Positions 46,926 through 54,971 of a DNA stretch of 64,000 bases are shown here, piece by piece. The stretch is from a virus (lineage: Duplodnaviria; Caudoviricetes), in the IMG/VR virus record IMGVR_UViG_3300027563_000002, positions 32,001-96,000 of that record; one strand, given 5' to 3'. Below the pieces are notes generated by a model. The model saw only the letters and a program-made list of their open reading frames with translations. It made no database searches and was not told where the DNA came from. The position numbers were made by a program, and so were the translations under genes. Numbering within the stretch: the first letter of the stretch is position 1; each line of letters starts with the position of its first letter.

Positions 46926-47497
46926 AATGAGTTTATCAAGTCTAGAATGTAGGGTCTTGTGTGGGTATTTACAGCACGTTCTGGATGCCATCCTATGCCC
47001 AGTTGGCGATTTGCTTTATGTATCACCAATTCCGCAATGCCAGCAGAATCTTGTTGTAATACTTCGAATCCTGATGCAAGTCGATCTATGCATATGGTGT
47101 GATGACACGTGACTTCAAATGCTGGCAATTGTATGCGTACATTATCATAAGGTTGATCCATCAACCTCACAGTGCCGCCGGATTCTAAGTTTAAAAAGTG
47201 GCTGCCTCTACAGATACCAATCAACGGAGTGCGCGATATCAAACATTGCCGAATCAACCGATGTTCAAACTCATCACGCAAGGGATACACATTGTTACGC
47301 CAGGTGTTGAACTTGACTGTGTCATTTCCACCAGTTAACACAATCAAATCAAATTCGTCTGTATTGGGCTCTTGACCATGACATGATAGTGGAACAATTT
47401 CGCGTCCAGCAAACAAGTCATACCATTCGTGATTTAAGGCCGCATGCCACGTATCACGTAGCACACGGGTCATTTCCATGCTGATACCTATTTTCAT
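46922..47497 (-). CDS. Class I glutamine amidotransferase / peptidase C26
   Basis: LTGGND, RDEFE, GICRG, WHPE. Confidence 0.85.
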   Translation of the reverse strand: MKIGISMEMTRVLRDTWHAALNHEWYDLFAGREIVPLSCHGQEPNTDEFDLIVLTGGNDTVKFNTWRNNVYPLRDEFEHRLIRQCLISRTPLIGICRGSHFLNLESGGTVRLMDQPYDNVRIQLPAFEVTCHHTICIDRLASGFEVLQQDSAGIAELVIHKANRQLGIGWHPERAVNTHTRPYILDLINSL

Positions 47498-48453
47498 TCA
47501 GGCTTGATTTTTATTGCAAAGGGCTGCCATTGTTGACGCAATTTTGTCATGGCAGCACGAATGCCTTGCGGGGTGTGCTCGTCTGGGCTGATAAAAATAA
47601 AGTGTTTGGCAAACTGTTCTTTGGCTTCTTTGCTACGAATTGCACTCACAAACTCTCGATGATACCAGTCTTGCACATCTTGTGGTGTGCCTTTGGGCAA
47701 CATCAAGTTCCAGCAAGCATATACATTCAAGCCAGGCACATGGTCCTTCATTAGAGGAGTGTTTTCTAATCCAGCAATGGGAACTTCGCTGGCCAAGCCA
47801 ATTAATTTTAGTTTGCCTGCCTGTACCATTGGTGCGCCCACTGCAATAGGGAACACACCAAACTCCTGGTGTTGGCCCATCACATCGATCATTGCCTGCG
47901 CTGGTCCCTTGTACATACTAGTTTCTACTGTGTCTTTGGCAGGTTTTACTCCTGCAACAAAGTATTCAACTGCTAACTTATGTGCTGCTCCGCCCACTGC
48001 AAATGAAATGGGACGCTGACCGGCCCGCACTTCTGCTATCAATTTCTGCGGTGTGTCAATATTGCTGGATGTCCTGGCATAGAATGCCAATGGTGCTTTG
48101 CCTATGTTGGCAACACCTTCCCAATCCATTGCGTTGAATTTAACACTGTTGGCATACCAAATTTCTGCTGTGACAAATGTTGATTGACATGAGGGCATGC
48201 CCGCATGATGGCCGTCGGCTGGCAGTTTATCAAAGTGATTCATGCCAATGTTGCCGTCGGCCCCGGGCTTGTATTCTGGGTGCCATTTAAATGATGGATT
48301 CTTTTCTTCTACAATTTTTGCTACAATGCGAAATGCTATTTCATTTCCTGCGCCCGGTGCGTTCGGAAACACAACAGTTACAGATTTTGTTGGTTGCCAT
48401 GCCGATGCTGACAAAGTGAATAATGTGAGTAGTACGCCTAATATTTTTTTCAT
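47494..48453 (-). CDS. tctC: Tripartite tricarboxylate transporter substrate-binding protein (Bug family)
   Basis: Signal peptide, WQPTKSVTVVFP, KPGADGNIG, PADGH, YKG, GKLKLIG, PKGTP. Confidence 0.85.
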   Translation of the reverse strand: MKKILGVLLTLFTLSASAWQPTKSVTVVFPNAPGAGNEIAFRIVAKIVEEKNPSFKWHPEYKPGADGNIGMNHFDKLPADGHHAGMPSCQSTFVTAEIWYANSVKFNAMDWEGVANIGKAPLAFYARTSSNIDTPQKLIAEVRAGQRPISFAVGGAAHKLAVEYFVAGVKPAKDTVETSMYKGPAQAMIDVMGQHQEFGVFPIAVGAPMVQAGKLKLIGLASEVPIAGLENTPLMKDHVPGLNVYACWNLMLPKGTPQDVQDWYHREFVSAIRSKEAKEQFAKHFIFISPDEHTPQGIRAAMTKLRQQWQPFAIKIKPE

Positions 48454-48469
48454 CTAATCCTCGTGTGTT

Positions 48470-48494
48470 AAAAAAGGGGAGTGATCGGCTCCCC
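48470..48494 (-). terminator. Rho-independent terminator
   Basis: GGGGAG-CCGATCA-CTCCCC-TTTTTT just after the ferritin-like gene stop. Confidence 0.85.
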
Positions 48495-48501
48495 GTACAA
48501 A

Positions 48502-49200
48502 TTACCAACCGTATGCGTCAGCCACTAGTTCTTTACCAGCAGCGGCAGTGGTAGTGTTCCGGCATGAAATTTCATACAAGTCTCGACGCATTGCAACAAC
48601 CAGTGTTTCAATGCGAGCTTGCTCTTCAGAAGACTCAACCAACTTGGCCAAGCTACGAGCACCGATGTTGCTGTGGAAACCTTCGTCTCGGGCAATCTTG
48701 CGATATGCGCCAGAGATGAATGAGTCTTCGATGCAGTCAGCCATGGTGTTCCAAACAGCTTCAGCACGGCCTTCAGCAACCAATTGATAAGCGGCCAATG
48801 CAGCAGCGTCGTCCTGTGCGTCATACTTGGCCAACAGACCAGCACCTTTGGCTGTGGGTCGGGCAGCTTCTTTTGCAATAGCAGCTTCAACATCAACTGG
48901 TGAGCCTTGGATGTGTTCAATGACTTCTTTTACCAAACGGAAGTGAACTGCTTCGTCGTGTGCTTGTTGTGTCAACAACTGTAGCTCAACTGGATCAGCG
49001 TCTGCTGGCATGTCGGCGATGGCACGGCTGATTTCAACCATGTTCATGCGCTCATTGACCATACGGCCAATAAAGTGATCAACCAATTCTGATTGAGCAG
49101 GTTTAGAATCAAAGTATGCTTTCACATTGTGTTGGCTGGCTTTGAATAGGGCTTGGTTGTCTTGAACCAATTTTTCTACAAACTGTTTTCCTGTAAGCAT
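48502..49200 (-). CDS. Ferritin-like di-iron protein
   Basis: E...DEAVH...AE...DEGFH ligand pattern; AGGAG RBS. Confidence 0.8.
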   Translation of the reverse strand: MLTGKQFVEKLVQDNQALFKASQHNVKAYFDSKPAQSELVDHFIGRMVNERMNMVEISRAIADMPADADPVELQLLTQQAHDEAVHFRLVKEVIEHIQGSPVDVEAAIAKEAARPTAKGAGLLAKYDAQDDAAALAAYQLVAEGRAEAVWNTMADCIEDSFISGAYRKIARDEGFHSNIGARSLAKLVESSEEQARIETLVVAMRRDLYEISCRNTTTAAAGKELVADAYGW

Positions 49201-49294
49201 GTGGTCTCCTTGGATATATACTTAACTAAAAACAAAGGAAGCTGCAAATTTTTGCTTTCTTTGTAAAATTATTTATCTAAAATGGAATTTTTTA

Positions 49295-50023
49295 ATGAAC
49301 ACCAAAATTTTTAATCTAATCTGCAAAAATTTGCAGGACTCTTTTAATTTACCCAAGTACGCCAACATCCAAATCGATGCTGATACTCGGGTACAGGACC
49401 TGCCCTGGACTCCTGCAAGATATCGAAAATTCAAAGACGCTGTAGACAACGAACTGAGTCTGCCTTGTGATTATGTGGGCACTGTACAAGACATTGTGGC
49501 AGATTTGAGCGAGCGTTACACCCATCGTTTCTTTGCTGAAATGTGGAAGCCCAGAACAGGGGATTATGACTACACTGGTTGGACTCTGGTAGACGAAGTC
49601 AATGCTCTCAATCCTGACTCTGTGCTAGATGTGGGCTGTGGATATCATCCTTTCAAGGGTCGCATACACAATCTTGTGGGCATAGATCCTTACAATAACT
49701 GCGCAGATTATGAAGTAGACATCTTGGATTACAAAGTGCGAGCCCAATCTCATGATGTGATCTTGGCTCTGGGATCAATCAATTTCAACTCACGTGACGA
49801 GATTGAACAGCGTTTTGCTCACTGTGTGGGACTGTTAAAGACTGGAGGCAAGTTTTATCTACGTGCCAATCCAGGGATTGCACATCGCAGCGGTCCTTAT
49901 GTGGATGTGTTTGCGTGGAGTTTTGAAGTTGTGAACCAGTTTGCAGAAATATACAACCTACGCCTGGACACTTTCAAACAAGATACCAATGATCGCTTGT
50001 ATTTTGTCTATACCAAGTTGTAA
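49295..50023 (+). CDS. Class I SAM methyltransferase with N-terminal extension
   Basis: VLDVGCG, GIDP, DVILALGSINF, LKTGG. Confidence 0.85.
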   Translation: MNTKIFNLICKNLQDSFNLPKYANIQIDADTRVQDLPWTPARYRKFKDAVDNELSLPCDYVGTVQDIVADLSERYTHRFFAEMWKPRTGDYDYTGWTLVDEVNALNPDSVLDVGCGYHPFKGRIHNLVGIDPYNNCADYEVDILDYKVRAQSHDVILALGSINFNSRDEIEQRFAHCVGLLKTGGKFYLRANPGIAHRSGPYVDVFAWSFEVVNQFAEIYNLRLDTFKQDTNDRLYFVYTKL

Positions 50024-50661
50024 CTGCTGATCAATTCAAAAGCGGCTTGATGCGCAGTTTCCAAGGGATGCTGGCCTGGATCGCTGATGGCAAAACAATT
50101 TTGGCGGCACCATTCAAGAAAATTTTTGTTGTCAAATGTGACCACATGTGGCTGAATGTGAGTTTGCAACAATTCTATAGCTGAATTGTAATGATAGCAT
50201 TTTTCAAACAACAAATCATCCAAGCATGTGATGATCATGCGATGACCGCCAGATATCACAGCATCTATCACGGATTTTATTGTGATCAAATCAGTCAGTT
50301 TGTCTAGATATTGTGAATGAAAATGCTTGTAGTAGTAGGCAGCTTCGCTAGACGTATCTGTGGGACAAACGGTTTTCCAATGTCCTGAAAATCTGCCTTC
50401 TCGGTCATAATCAAACCTGTCCATGTAGGTCCAATTGATCACGTACACGTTTGGTGCCTGATCGTGACCCACTTGTTGCAGCACCGACTCGGCAATGCGC
50501 AGGTTGCCGATGCCAGGAAATGCATGACACTGATACTCCAGACCATGATGCTGGGCCAACAAGCTGGGCCAGGTGTGTTGGCTGTGTTGATTTACAAATT
50601 CACCAGCGTCTGGTAAATCACTGCCAAAGGTAAAACTACAACCAAAACTTTTTAACATCAT
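50008..50661 (-). CDS. SGNH/GDSL-like hypothetical protein
   Basis: FGCSFTFGSD, PGIGN, WT..DR, QHPLETAH. Confidence 0.65.
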   Translation of the reverse strand: MMLKSFGCSFTFGSDLPDAGEFVNQHSQHTWPSLLAQHHGLEYQCHAFPGIGNLRIAESVLQQVGHDQAPNVYVINWTYMDRFDYDREGRFSGHWKTVCPTDTSSEAAYYYKHFHSQYLDKLTDLITIKSVIDAVISGGHRMIITCLDDLLFEKCYHYNSAIELLQTHIQPHVVTFDNKNFLEWCRQNCFAISDPGQHPLETAHQAAFELISSYNLV

Positions 50662-50692
50662 GCAGATATGTATCTGCTGCGGCCTGCGGAGA

Positions 50693-51253
50693 TTATTTTC
50701 CTGCTACTGCCAGGCCGGCGCCTTTGTTGAAACTGGGGCTCCAGGAATTGGCTTGGCGTAGGCCTTTCCTCTTGCTCCACTCATATCCGGCTCGGTGTCC
50801 CGAACAGTCTTTGGTGCATTCGGATCCTAAGAAGCTGAGTTCTCTCAGCTGATCGCGTGTCCACTTGTCAGGAATCACGCCGTGTTTGGCCACGAACTTG
50901 TCATGCAATTGCCGGCCGGTAATGCCGTGGTCACGAGCAATGGTCTGCATCATGTGATCAATTGCACTGTAGCTTTTGGGATTGTCAAGATCTTTTTCCA
51001 AATCTTCCACTGCACCTTCCGCCACTGTGTTTGTTTTGACTTTTTTGCCTTGTACCGCAGTGGTCCGGTTGGGTTCATCTGCGCTGTCTGGTCTGGCACT
51101 GGGCATGAACTGATTTATGGTTTTTTGAGTGAGTGGTCCCAGCACACCATCAACGTCTAAATTTGCGTTGAATCGGTCATTCAACATTTTCTGTATGCGG
51201 CGAATCGATTGTTTTTTATCGTCACCTTCCGCAACAAACTCTTGTGCTCTCAT
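50693..51253 (-). CDS. Modular putative head-packaged protein with peptidoglycan-binding-like segment
   Basis: MRAQEFVAE start; LDVDGVLGPLT; TVAEG junction; CTKDCSGHRAGY. Confidence 0.75.
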   Translation of the reverse strand: MRAQEFVAEGDDKKQSIRRIQKMLNDRFNANLDVDGVLGPLTQKTINQFMPSARPDSADEPNRTTAVQGKKVKTNTVAEGAVEDLEKDLDNPKSYSAIDHMMQTIARDHGITGRQLHDKFVAKHGVIPDKWTRDQLRELSFLGSECTKDCSGHRAGYEWSKRKGLRQANSWSPSFNKGAGLAVAGK

Positions 51254-52449
51254 TTTCTTGGTGGTTGAACTGCTGTGGGCACGTTTCGGTACACACGTTT
51301 GGCAGGATCGTACACAGTTTTCATGGGACCCAGTCCGGCCAGCTTTTTGACTCTAGCAACCATGGCATCGTATTCATCATCGTAGTCAACTTCTTCGGGG
51401 TCACGGTAGTCCGCGCCCTTTTGTTGCTCACCTTCTGCCATGCCTGGTTGTTGTGCACCACGAATGGCCTGCAACAACGCCCTAGCAACCACACGGTCTT
51501 TTTCTTTTTCTTCTTCAGGCAACTGAGCATAGTTTTGTTTCATCAACTGTGCTCGCTGTTGAAGTTTGGCTTCTAGTTTGCCGGCTGCGGCCAACTTTGC
51601 TGTGTCGTCAAACTGTTTGGGATCTTGTACAAATGCCTGTGCAGTGGTATTCCATCCTTTGTGGATGGCATCACTTATGGCTTCAATGTCTGTCACACCT
51701 TGATCGATCATCTGTTTGGCATAGGCAGCTGACTTCAAGTTGGCCTGCCAGCCAAATGTGTTGCCTGGTGTGCTACGACCGTAGCCGTATGCTTGATCCA
51801 ATGCTGTATCACTTATGGTGGCCAACTGTTGTACACTGAGTGGCTGACCGGCATTTTCTCCCACACTGCGGCGGAAAAGTTTGGCATCATTAGCATCGTG
51901 TTTGCCGCGTTCTAGACCTTTTTCCCACTCGTCGTATTTGCGAGCTTGTTTTGTGGCACTGTAAGGATTGTCCTTGATAGTTTTGCGTTCTTGGTATGCG
52001 CGGCGGCCAAGTTCGTAAGCCACACCTACTCCAGCCAGTTCATACTCTTCCGCCACACCTTGTCCCAACACTTGACGAACTAATAGTTCAGGAGCAAAGT
52101 CCATATCACCGGCTAGTTCTCTTGCAGCCATCAACACTGCTTGTTTAGTTGGCTGTAATCTTTTTTCTTCTACATCTCTACGAAGTTTAAAAATAAGAGA
52201 TTGTGCATCATACCCTAAATCTCTAACACCCTCCTCTACACCTTCTGACTTGTTGCCATAGTTGCCAGCACCTTTTTTGCGGCACTGTACCAAGCGTCCG
52301 GACGCATAGGCTGAAGGCCACACCTTGGCCGACGCTTTGACCTTGTAGTAACAAGCGTCTTTCTTTTCAGCCAGGATCAAGTCTGAGAAACTGATACCGC
52401 CGCATTCGGGGCATGGTTGCGGGGCTTCAAAAAGTTCGTCTATAATCAT
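51250..52449 (-). CDS. Modular putative head-packaged protein including a RyR-like module
   Basis: MIIDELFE; EGVEE, QGVAE, SVGE, PGMAE junctions; AIHKGW...YAQLPEEEKEKDR. Confidence 0.78.
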   Translation of the reverse strand: MIIDELFEAPQPCPECGGISFSDLILAEKKDACYYKVKASAKVWPSAYASGRLVQCRKKGAGNYGNKSEGVEEGVRDLGYDAQSLIFKLRRDVEEKRLQPTKQAVLMAARELAGDMDFAPELLVRQVLGQGVAEEYELAGVGVAYELGRRAYQERKTIKDNPYSATKQARKYDEWEKGLERGKHDANDAKLFRRSVGENAGQPLSVQQLATISDTALDQAYGYGRSTPGNTFGWQANLKSAAYAKQMIDQGVTDIEAISDAIHKGWNTTAQAFVQDPKQFDDTAKLAAAGKLEAKLQQRAQLMKQNYAQLPEEEKEKDRVVARALLQAIRGAQQPGMAEGEQQKGADYRDPEEVDYDDEYDAMVARVKKLAGLGPMKTVYDPAKRVYRNVPTAVQPPRK

Positions 52450-52793
52450 TTCTTTTTAGTGGCCACGTTGATGGCCTTTCCTGTACGGTTAGGGTTGGGA
52501 TCTTGTCTGCGCTTTCTTGCGGCTGCGCTCGCACGACCTTTTTTGCCCAGTGCATGTGCCTTGGCCTGTGGCAAACACTTGGGCTTGCCTTCTTTTGAAC
52601 TACCTCTTGCACAGTCTCCACGGATCTTGCCGTCGGGACCAAAACGCACCCATTTTTCTCGGAACCAGTCTCGAAGATTTTCTTCTATATCCTGCTCGCT
52701 GATCTTTTCACAACTGCCTTTGGAATACTCCGTAGTACCAGGTTTACGGCGATAGCCGTCCCAGCAGGCTTCAAGAATTTCTCGGTATGTCAT
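52446..52793 (-). CDS. Basic Cys-containing hypothetical protein
   Basis: MTYREILE; CWDGY; LRDWFREKWV..KPKCLP; TAAATA 7 nt upstream. Confidence 0.78.
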   Translation of the reverse strand: MTYREILEACWDGYRRKPGTTEYSKGSCEKISEQDIEENLRDWFREKWVRFGPDGKIRGDCARGSSKEGKPKCLPQAKAHALGKKGRASAAARKRRQDPNPNRTGKAINVATKKK

Positions 52794-52799
52794 AATTGT

Positions 52800-53375
52800 T
52801 TATTTATAACCAATCTTCATGTAGCGTGTGTAGCGAGTTTCGGGATCTCTCAGTCGGCGTTGACCCCAATACACAGTGGTTTCCAAGGGAAACTTTAGAT
52901 AAAACACGCCAGCACGTTCGGTTTCAATTCGGGGATCCACCAAGTTGTCTCGGCCCTGCATCACTGTAAGTGTGCCTTTAGGCACACGTTGCATCCAGGC
53001 GCGACTCATTTCATTGGTACTGGTGTTGATCACTGTGATACGTTTGTTGGGATACTCAATTTGTTCAGCACGACCCAGTACCAACTTCAGTCGGCCCGCA
53101 CGATACAAGGGTTCCAGCAGTTGCCTTGCTGTGGCCAACCGGCGTGAGTTGATTTCCACCATGATCAGTTGATCAAAATCAATGTTGGCCTGTTGTAAAA
53201 ATATGCCCAGATTACCGTACCATGAGCCCAGGATATAGATATCGCCGGCACTGCGACCGCCCAGTTCTTTTTTCAGTTGACTGCACAGCCAAGTCTTGCC
53301 GGTCACAAGATCTGGAGTAAAACTTCCTGCTAATGTGCTGGGACTGGCTTCGGCAGTAATTTCATAGTGTCGCAT
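52800..53375 (-). CDS. Methyltransferase-like protein
   Basis: ILGSWYG, VEIN, INTS, RYMKIG; MRHYEITAE start. Confidence 0.6.
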   Translation of the reverse strand: MRHYEITAEASPSTLAGSFTPDLVTGKTWLCSQLKKELGGRSAGDIYILGSWYGNLGIFLQQANIDFDQLIMVEINSRRLATARQLLEPLYRAGRLKLVLGRAEQIEYPNKRITVINTSTNEMSRAWMQRVPKGTLTVMQGRDNLVDPRIETERAGVFYLKFPLETTVYWGQRRLRDPETRYTRYMKIGYK

Positions 53376-53383
53376 GGCCGAGT

Positions 53384-53812
53384 TTAATCCGCATTTTTGT
53401 TCTTGTCTTTTTCAGTAATGGGACCACCAGTGATCCAGGCCTTGCATGATCGTGTGCCTGCACACTTGAAGTGCAAAAAATTGCAGTAGCCTAGGTCAGC
53501 CAGGTTGATACTGGCATTGGCATCCACCCCAGTGGCATCACCACGTATGCCCGCAGCAATACATTCTCTCATGCTGTTGCTCACATCAAATGCCGCACAG
53601 TTGCCACACTGCATGGTCCGTGCAGTAGCCACCGAAACATTGAAAATCTTGGCACTCTTGGTCCAGTAGTCTTCAGCACGGTCAGGATTGGCAGGACCAT
53701 AGTGATACTCATCTATGGCTGTTTGACGATTCTTTAGATTTTCATCTATGTCATGTGTGGCCAAGGGACAGCCGCGCTGCACTGCTTCAATCAAGTTGAT
53801 ATAGTTTCTCAC
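53384..53812 (-). CDS. Cys-rich hypothetical protein
   Basis: CP.AT, CGNCAAF, GYC..LHFKCAGTRSC. Confidence 0.75.
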   Translation of the reverse strand: MRNYINLIEAVQRGCPLATHDIDENLKNRQTAIDEYHYGPANPDRAEDYWTKSAKIFNVSVATARTMQCGNCAAFDVSNSMRECIAAGIRGDATGVDANASINLADLGYCNFLHFKCAGTRSCKAWITGGPITEKDKNKNAD

Positions 53813-53814
53813 AA

Positions 53815-54384
53815 TTACAAAATTCCAGCAGCTGATTGCAATTCACGCATGTCATTTTTGGTATCGTGTATCTGTTTAACTGGCAGGCCAGCGGCAGTGC
53901 GCCACTCATTTAGATCTGATTCGTGTGTGCGACGATAATCCGCAGGAGTCAGTGGCACAGTGCTGGCAAATGCTTCTTCTGAGAATGACTGTGTCCGACC
54001 ATTGTACCGCATGGTCCAGTCTTCAGATTCGTGCTCTGTGAGTGTGCCCAGGTCATCAATCAGCTCGGCCACATACTGTGGTGCTGCACTGCGACGACGT
54101 ATTTCCACATACACTAGATAACGGCTGGGTTTGATTTCGCCTGGTGAGCGATCAGCATCCAACACAAAGTCATAGCCCTTTTCAAACCAGGCCACCAGGT
54201 CCTTGGCAGCTTGTTTGTCACGCACAAAAAAGCTGATCACAATGATGTCTTCATCATCGCCCATTTTGCCTGAAAATTCATCCACGTGAATGGTGGGCTT
54301 CATCATGCCTTCTAGGTCACGATACTGTAGCCCTTCAAGCAGCGGGAACGGGCTGGAGGTCTTGTTCGAGGTTTTGTTGTGCAT
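53815..54384 (-). CDS. Hypothetical protein
   Basis: IHVDEFSGKMG, FEKGYDFVLDAD; start uncertain. Confidence 0.75.
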   Translation of the reverse strand: MHNKTSNKTSSPFPLLEGLQYRDLEGMMKPTIHVDEFSGKMGDDEDIIVISFFVRDKQAAKDLVAWFEKGYDFVLDADRSPGEIKPSRYLVYVEIRRRSAAPQYVAELIDDLGTLTEHESEDWTMRYNGRTQSFSEEAFASTVPLTPADYRRTHESDLNEWRTAAGLPVKQIHDTKNDMRELQSAAGIL

Positions 54385-54946
54385 CTTGGGCCTTTGCATC
54401 ACTTTGTGTGTCTTCTTTGTCTAGATCATTTTCATAGGCTGCATCTAGTTCACTCAGGTCAATGTCCTGATCTTCCATGTCTATGGCGCCTGTGCGGATC
54501 TCACTCATGAGTCGTTTGGGCATGACAATTTCCACCAGCCACACAGGTTTTTCAACAATGCGAGCTTTTTTGGTACCAGGAATGTAGTCCGACGGATCAT
54601 TGATCTGGATGGGAATCTTGATCTTTTGCTTTTTGTATGTGACCTTGCAATCAAATGGCAGTAGGCGTTTGCCGCCTCGGGGGTCGGGCATCATCTTTTC
54701 CGGCCACATGAATGTCACACCCACTGTGTATTTGTTGATATCCGGTCCGGCTACTAATTCACCAATTTCCCAGTTCTTGAATGCGTAGATATCCATTTCG
54801 TCCAGCACACGCTCAAAGTCCAGCAGCGTGGTTAGACTGCCATCGCTCATGTAGATATCACGAATGTTGTCGGCCACCTGCCAATAATCTTCGTGATTTT
54901 TAAACAGCTCTTTGTCGTTGATGCCGTGGATGTTTTTGCTTTGCAT
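54335..54946 (-). CDS. Hypothetical protein
   Basis: LLDFERVLDE, MPDPRGG, acidic tail; TAAATA 7 nt upstream. Confidence 0.78.
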   Translation of the reverse strand: MQSKNIHGINDKELFKNHEDYWQVADNIRDIYMSDGSLTTLLDFERVLDEMDIYAFKNWEIGELVAGPDINKYTVGVTFMWPEKMMPDPRGGKRLLPFDCKVTYKKQKIKIPIQINDPSDYIPGTKKARIVEKPVWLVEIVMPKRLMSEIRTGAIDMEDQDIDLSELDAAYENDLDKEDTQSDAKAQDAQQNLEQDLQPVPAA

Positions 54947-54971
54947 GATAGTTTATTTATGGACCCTGTGA

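Larger units (their letters stand above)
23471..52245 (-). repeat. Dispersed 15-nt motif CAAGGTGTGGCGGA(A/G) (Q-G-V-A-E) and variants, about 15 copies inside modular genes
   Basis: Copies at 23471, 23630, 23819, 23960, 27192, 27603, 27909, 28092, 29046, 31292, 39831, 40017, 51017, 51433, 52048, 52231. Confidence 0.8.

Noticed and set aside
49232-49264. Imperfect inverted repeat between divergent genes (another at 50662-50677)
   Set aside because: Could be operators or weak terminators, but nothing else supports a function
23471-52245. GVAE motif as a Chi site
   Set aside because: Differs from GCTGGTGG, and the copies I found are all in one reading frame at module borders, not dispersed
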